From positions 3,456,001-3,520,000 of the forward strand of contig OY969811.1 of NCBI GenBank assembly GCA_963703315.1: a DNA stretch of 64,000 bases, written 5' to 3'. Of this stretch, positions 58,605 through 64,000 are shown piece after piece. The DNA comes from an uncultured cyanobacterium (GTDB lineage: Bacteria > Cyanobacteriota > Cyanobacteriia > Pseudanabaenales > Pseudanabaenaceae). The notes beneath the pieces were generated by a model, which was given only the letters and a program-made list of their open reading frames with translations, searched no databases and had not been told where the DNA came from. Position numbers and translations under genes: made by a program. Position 1 is the first letter of the stretch. Each line of letters opens with the position of its first letter.

Positions 58605-60356
58605 TAACTGCTTGATCACTAAGAGCGTAATATCGTCGTATACCTTATGATTTCCAACATGAGCATAAAAACTATCTAAAATCACTTGACGGATGGCTAA
58701 AGCTGAGCGATCGCGGTGAGCAATCACAACTTCACAGAGGCGTTCCACTCCATAATATTTACCATCATCATTGATTGCTTCGGTTACACCATCAGTATAG
58801 AGAACTAGCAAGTCACCGACTGCCAAATCTAAAAATGCTTCATTGATCCATAGGGAAATATCCGACTCTAAACCAATTGGAAAACCTAAATCAGAGGTGT
58901 CCAGACGTTCTAATCGACCGTCAGCCCTTACCAAAATCACATCTTCATGTTGTCCTGTGATCTTGACTTTACCATCGGCATAATCTAGCAAAGTCAGCGT
59001 CAGATTGCGATCAACCTGCATCCGTTGAATGTTGCCATAGAGCGCTAGATTAATCGTATTTAAAAAGTGAATGGGATTGACTTCATCGTGGGCAAGCAAT
59101 GTGCGTACTGCCATCTGCACCATTATCATTAACATTCCACTTTCTAAGCCATGCCCCGTGACATCGCCAATGCCAATTTTGACTCTGCCATTTTGTTGTA
59201 ATACATCATAGTAGTCACCACCAACTTCCGCCGCAGGTTCCATAAATCCCGCAATATCTAGAAATGGAATTGCTTGCAGTTCTTGATCTTGAGGCAAAAG
59301 CATTTGCTGCAATCGGCGCGTAATGTCTACCTCTGCTTGGCTCTGAGCAAGTTTAACTTCGCTTTCTCTAAGAGCAATTTCCGCTTGATGACGTTCTTCT
59401 TCAACTCGCTTCCGTTCGACAATCTCATTCTGAAGACTTTGCACCGCAATTTCTAGATCATGAGTGGCTTGGGCGATCGCAATTCGCAGACGTTCTGGCT
59501 CACTGACAAGAATAAACATTAATCCTGCGGCTAACAAACTGAGAATAGTGCCGACGAGCCAAATCCACAGAATCAAGCTAGTTTGCTGCCATCCATTTTG
59601 TGGCAAAGCGGCTAATTGCCAAGATCCTGTGGGCAAACTAACTGATAGCAGGATCGGATCTTGGCTAAACAAGCTAGCATCACCCCAAAAGGTTTCTCCC
59701 TTTTCACCCAATCCATCTCTACCACGAATTGCGAGATTTAATCCCTGTAATTGATCCAGCCCTGCTTGGTTATAGACTGCTTCCGTATCTACTAAAATAC
59801 TTGCCTGTCCCCAATATTTTTCGACCTTTGCACCTGTCTGCAAGTCTGTATTGGTGATAAAAATAGGGGTACGATTAATAAAAGCAACTCCACCCTGTAC
59901 GAGATTGACAGGACCAGCAATTATAGACTGGCGATCGCGAATAGACCTCTGTACTGCTTCTTTTTGCAGTGGTGTCGCCTCAAGATTAATGCCGATCGCC
60001 TTCTCATTACCTGTATATGGATATATGTGAGAAATCACAGAATCCCTTGCCAAATCCAGACTACGAATCCCTGCTTTTCTAGTGGCGATATTCTTGGCAT
60101 ATTCAGTAAACTCCGCTTGAGATAGGTCAGGATGCATGACTGTATAGGCAACTAGAGCATCAGTTAGTAACAGCGATGAATTAATCGCTCCTTCTAGTTT
60201 GGCGCGAATTGTACTGAGTTGATTGAGGACATTTGCTTTTGACGCTGATTGCTGTCGCTGATATTCTAAATTTGCCAAGAAATATGTGGATAATCCTCCC
60301 GTAATTACTACAGCGATCGCTACTAAATTGGCTTTAATATAATGCTTTCTAGCCAT
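58602..60356 (-). CDS. CHASE-domain PP2C/SpoIIE phosphatase
   Basis: TM-CHASE-TM; GGDYYD, GDVTGHG, YTDGVTEA, DDITL; likely start 60356. Confidence 0.9.
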   Translation of the reverse strand: MARKHYIKANLVAIAVVITGGLSTYFLANLEYQRQQSASKANVLNQLSTIRAKLEGAINSSLLLTDALVAYTVMHPDLSQAEFTEYAKNIATRKAGIRSLDLARDSVISHIYPYTGNEKAIGINLEATPLQKEAVQRSIRDRQSIIAGPVNLVQGGVAFINRTPIFITNTDLQTGAKVEKYWGQASILVDTEAVYNQAGLDQLQGLNLAIRGRDGLGEKGETFWGDASLFSQDPILLSVSLPTGSWQLAALPQNGWQQTSLILWIWLVGTILSLLAAGLMFILVSEPERLRIAIAQATHDLEIAVQSLQNEIVERKRVEEERHQAEIALRESEVKLAQSQAEVDITRRLQQMLLPQDQELQAIPFLDIAGFMEPAAEVGGDYYDVLQQNGRVKIGIGDVTGHGLESGMLMIMVQMAVRTLLAHDEVNPIHFLNTINLALYGNIQRMQVDRNLTLTLLDYADGKVKITGQHEDVILVRADGRLERLDTSDLGFPIGLESDISLWINEAFLDLAVGDLLVLYTDGVTEAINDDGKYYGVERLCEVVIAHRDRSALAIRQVILDSFYAHVGNHKVYDDITLLVIKQL

Positions 60357-60360
60357 AAAC

Positions 60361-60936
60361 TCAATTCTCAAAATTGACTCGTTTATACAAGTCTTTTAGA
60401 CTAATCTCAAAGCTCACGTACTCAAGTTTAAGCACGGCATCTTCTCCTAAGTATTCAGTTAATATCCATCTACCATCTTGCTGCTTGATGTACTGTTCTA
60501 CGCAATAGCTATTTTGATAAATCAAGATATATTCTTTAAATGATGGAATAGAGCGATATAGTTTGAACTTGTCAGCGCGATCGTAGTTTTGGGTAGAATT
60601 AGATAAAATTTCGACAATCAGCAATGGATTAGTAATTGAAGTTTGTTTCTCATCTGTAAAAATCGACTCTCCTTCAACTACGATTACATCAGGATAGGTA
60701 TAACGCTTATGGTCTGGTATCCATAAACGCATATCACTCATAAAAGTGTCGTACTCCTGTCCATCAATTGATAAAGGGAATAAACGACAAAAATTAAGAG
60801 CGATTTTGTTGTGATTTGCGCTTGCTCCTGCCATAGGAATAATTTCTCCATCCACAAATTCACTTTTAAATTCGGCTTTTGCTTCTAGCTCTAGGTATTC
60901 GGCTACAGTGTAGCGCTTGGTTGTTGCAAGTACCAT
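60361..60936 (-). CDS. Uma2 family endonuclease-like protein
   Basis: YPDV, VEILS.ST..YDR, EYILI. Confidence 0.9.
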   Translation of the reverse strand: MVLATTKRYTVAEYLELEAKAEFKSEFVDGEIIPMAGASANHNKIALNFCRLFPLSIDGQEYDTFMSDMRLWIPDHKRYTYPDVIVVEGESIFTDEKQTSITNPLLIVEILSNSTQNYDRADKFKLYRSIPSFKEYILIYQNSYCVEQYIKQQDGRWILTEYLGEDAVLKLEYVSFEISLKDLYKRVNFEN

Positions 60937-61007
60937 CGGTGATTAGCCTCTCAACTTTGTGATGATTATATCTTAACTAAATGAAGCGGCACGGAGTAAC
61001 ACTTCAT

Positions 61008-62819
61008 TTAGTTTTTATTAAAGTTCCGATCGCAGTTTTCGATTACCTGATTCCAAATCGCAAAATGTAGCTCTTTGTTACGTTGGCGATCGCTTCTTAT
61101 TTCTAATACTTGAGTGCCTTTTGTTTGCAGAGAACTAGTTAATGATTCATGGAATTGTTGCCAATCTTGAATCAGAATATGTTCGCAATTATAAGCCTTA
61201 ATAATTGGTGCAAAGTCTATACCGTGCGATGTACCGAAAAACTCCTCAAAGGTATGCTCAAACTTAGAGATTGGCAATAAATTAAAAATACCGCCACCAT
61301 CATTATTTAAGAGAATAATCGTCAGAGAAATATTGTATTTTTTAGCGGCAAGTAATCCATTCAAATCATGATAAAAAGCTAAATCACCACAAATGAGAAC
61401 CATTGATTGTTTACCTGAGCGATCGCATCCCCACGCTGCACCGAGCGCACTGGATATTGTGCCATCAATGCCATTTGCGCCACGATTGGCTAAAACTGTA
61501 ATCGGGCGATCGCTATGGAAGAAAGTATCTAAATCGCGAATTGGCGTACTGCTTGCTACATAGATATAGCTATCTTTAGGGAGAAGTTGCGCGAGTTCTG
61601 CATAGACTTTTCCATCAAATAATTCATCGATTTTGGCGAGAGCTTCCGTAATGGTATGTTCAGCAACACTTTCTGCTAGTTCAAAATCTAAGCGCCATTG
61701 TTTATCTTGCCAAACAGGTTGAGCATAGTTCTCTAAATAATTGGCTAGTTGTTCGCAAAAACTAACAGAATAAACATTCAGAGCCTGTGTAATTCCATGC
61801 GTAGGATCGCTATTAGTGCTACCGACAACGATTTGCTGACAGCCGATATGTCTCTCTAGCCAAAGCATATAGCTTTTGGAAGTTGGCATTGCACCGAAGC
61901 GAATCACGATTTCAGGTGCATGGGTTTTACAGAAATTGGGCGATCGCAAAAAGCTATCGTAATGACTAATTTCATCGTGACGATGTGCGCCTGTAGCTTC
62001 AATCAGTAATGGATAGCCTGTGGCTCTGGCTAATCTTTTTACTGAGGCTAAAAACTCAGGTGGTGCGTCATAGACGCCGACGACGATCGCGCCTTTAGGA
62101 TGGCTAATAATTTGATTGGCAATGGCGGCGATCGCATTAGTATCTAGTAAGCGCATTCCTGCAATAATTTGACTGTAGGCGGCTCCCGATGGATTTCCAA
62201 ACATTGCCTCTGGACTACTGAGTTCTAAATCCTCTGGGACATCATTGAGAACGGGAATCGGTGGCATCGGATCAGCAAAAGGGAAGTTAAGATGAACTGC
62301 CCCTGCGGGTGTATCGCTTTTACCGACTGCAATACTGACAGTACGACTGATGAGCGATCGCAAATAGCGCAGTCGAAAGCCAATAATTTCTGGAGTTCCC
62401 ACTTCAAAGAAATAGCGAACGTGTTTTCCATAGATATTGATCTGATCAATGGTCTGTCCAGAGCCACAATCGCGCATCTCTGGTGGGCGATCGGCAGTCA
62501 AGACCACTAAGGGAATACGACTATAATAAGCTTCAATAATCGCAGGATAATAATTGGCGGCAGCAGTTCCTGATGTGCAGAGCAGGGCTACAGGAGCCAT
62601 CTGCACCTTCGCTAAACCAAGAGCAAAAAAGCTACTCGATCGCTCGTCAATATGTACCAAAATCTGAAAGTCTGGATAGCGATCGCGCAATTTCGCAAAA
62701 GCAATCACAAGGGGCGTTGAGCGCGAACCGGGAGAAATACAAACAGTGCGTACTCCAGAGCGATAGAGTTCTTCAGCGACAATGCTTGCCCAGAGTGTAT
62801 TGCGATTGGCGGTATTCAT
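61008..62819 (-). CDS. menD: SEPHCHC synthase
   Basis: SPGSRSTP, DERS, CTSGTA, NRGANGIDG. Confidence 0.95.
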   Translation of the reverse strand: MNTANRNTLWASIVAEELYRSGVRTVCISPGSRSTPLVIAFAKLRDRYPDFQILVHIDERSSSFFALGLAKVQMAPVALLCTSGTAAANYYPAIIEAYYSRIPLVVLTADRPPEMRDCGSGQTIDQINIYGKHVRYFFEVGTPEIIGFRLRYLRSLISRTVSIAVGKSDTPAGAVHLNFPFADPMPPIPVLNDVPEDLELSSPEAMFGNPSGAAYSQIIAGMRLLDTNAIAAIANQIISHPKGAIVVGVYDAPPEFLASVKRLARATGYPLLIEATGAHRHDEISHYDSFLRSPNFCKTHAPEIVIRFGAMPTSKSYMLWLERHIGCQQIVVGSTNSDPTHGITQALNVYSVSFCEQLANYLENYAQPVWQDKQWRLDFELAESVAEHTITEALAKIDELFDGKVYAELAQLLPKDSYIYVASSTPIRDLDTFFHSDRPITVLANRGANGIDGTISSALGAAWGCDRSGKQSMVLICGDLAFYHDLNGLLAAKKYNISLTIILLNNDGGGIFNLLPISKFEHTFEEFFGTSHGIDFAPIIKAYNCEHILIQDWQQFHESLTSSLQTKGTQVLEIRSDRQRNKELHFAIWNQVIENCDRNFNKN

Positions 62820-63430
62820 CGGATTTCAGTTCCATTAGCACTAAAGTGGATGCTGTAGCCAAGTTCCGTTAACATTTGTCGCAAGATTGGTAAGCTCAGC
62901 CCCAACACATTGGTATGACATCCTTCGATTTTATCGATTAACAAGCCCCCTAGCTTCTCTAAGGTAAAACATCCTGCACAACACAGAGGCTCACCAGAGT
63001 CTACATAGCCATCAATTTCCGCATCAGTCACTTCAGAAAAATGGACTTTAGTAACTCCATAGCGCATGACCGATCGCTGATTTTTGGCATCAATTAAGCA
63101 ATGCCCTGTATAGAGTTCGCAATAGTTACCACGCATCTTTTGCCATGTCGCGATCGCTACTTCCTTAGTTTCAGGCTTGCCATACACCAGCCCATTCAAA
63201 TACATAATCGAATCGCAACCGATTACCAGTGCATTCTGTCCTGCAAATTCCGCAGCCACTGCTTTCGCTTTACATTGCGCCAAGGTCAGCACTAGGGAAG
63301 TAGGATCACTAACTTGAATCGCATCCTCATCGAAATGACTGACTTTGATAATTGGGTTGAAGCCAGCATTTTCTAAAATATTTTTGCGAGTCGGAGAAGC
63401 GGAAGCAAGTACAAAAATGGGATTTGTCAT
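62816..63430 (-). CDS. maf: Maf nucleotide pyrophosphatase
   Basis: LASASPTR, IGCDS, GKP, NVLGLSLP; likely start 63430. Confidence 0.9.
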   Translation of the reverse strand: MTNPIFVLASASPTRKNILENAGFNPIIKVSHFDEDAIQVSDPTSLVLTLAQCKAKAVAAEFAGQNALVIGCDSIMYLNGLVYGKPETKEVAIATWQKMRGNYCELYTGHCLIDAKNQRSVMRYGVTKVHFSEVTDAEIDGYVDSGEPLCCAGCFTLEKLGGLLIDKIEGCHTNVLGLSLPILRQMLTELGYSIHFSANGTEIR

Positions 63431-63643
63431 GAGAATGTTATGAGCGAGATTTAGAATTTGTGTCACTAAATGACCGCATTTTCTACTTTGGTTAAGGTAC
63501 AAACTATAGCAGAAAGTCCTCTTGTACAGCGCTTTACGCTGAATTGAAACCCAGAGAAATTTTTGAAAGCGCGGCGAAGCCGCGCTTTCAAAAATTTCTC
63601 TGTACTACTTATTTCAAGCCTCAACAATCTCTGGGTTTCTGAT

Positions 63644-64000
63644 TCAAAGAATCTTGCCTATAATCACGAGACTCTGCTCAATGCCATCTAGTTCGGCAAT
63701 TTGCGGTAGAAATCCCCATTGCTCAAAGCCAAAACTTTTAAATAGGCTCAAACTAGCAGGATTGTGAGCAAAGACAAAGCCGATGAGTTTCGAGATATTG
63801 AGTTGAGAACAGCTAGCGATCGCATGATCTAGTAACTTCTTGCCGATACCTTTACCTTGATATTCAGGGGCAATGTAAATACTGACTTCGGCAGTTTTGT
63901 GATAAGCGGGGCGACCGTAAAACATTTGTAAACTCAGCCAGCCAATGATTTGTTCATTTTGATCACTTTGGATATCATGCCCTCCGATTGTCATTACCCA
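63644..64000 (-). CDS. GNAT acetyltransferase (phosphinothricin-acetyltransferase-like), 3' part
   Basis: FYGRPAY...AEVSIYI...QGKGIG...HNPASL; the start lies outside the window. Confidence 0.85.
   Translation of the reverse strand, partial: WVMTIGGHDIQSDQNEQIIGWLSLQMFYGRPAYHKTAEVSIYIAPEYQGKGIGKKLLDHAIASCSQLNISKLIGFVFAHNPASLSLFKSFGFEQWGFLPQIAELDGIEQSLVIIGKIL

Noticed and set aside
1..64000. HIP1 abundance as such; tRNA, rRNA or prophage genes
   Set aside because: HIP1 over-representation is well known in cyanobacteria; no tRNA, rRNA or phage structural genes were recognised.

Overview
Chromosomal window from a cyanobacterium: the HIP1 octamer GCGATCGC is very frequent, and crtR, PTOX and Uma2 are present. 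A Pseudanabaena-like origin is my inference. Housekeeping genes (nadD, acnB, tldD, aroF, lipA, fmt, a gyrA/parC-like gene, ssb, crtR, thiO, menD, maf) are interrupted by three accessory islands (about 0.26-1.9 kb, 7.7-17.0 kb and 35.05-41.76 kb). These islands carry about 13 toxin-antitoxin/defence cassettes, an intact ISAs1 and a decayed type I restriction-modification locus. Main observations: (1) a family of short HIP1-bounded intergenic modules separates the cassettes, often begins exactly at a stop codon and coincides with gene-truncation points, like an integron-free cassette array; (2) an AbiF/Abi_2 HEPN gene has its own promoter and a structured upstream RNA, a candidate RNA antitoxin; (3) an ECF sigma/anti-sigma cluster with a Met-rich lipoprotein and MsrPQ-like genes has a visible duplicated promoter; (4) a 77-bp IS891-like minimal element is present; (5) at least 18 intergenic hairpins with unrelated stems share a GC-NNN-GC apex. 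All family calls come from motif recognition by eye; no database search was run.
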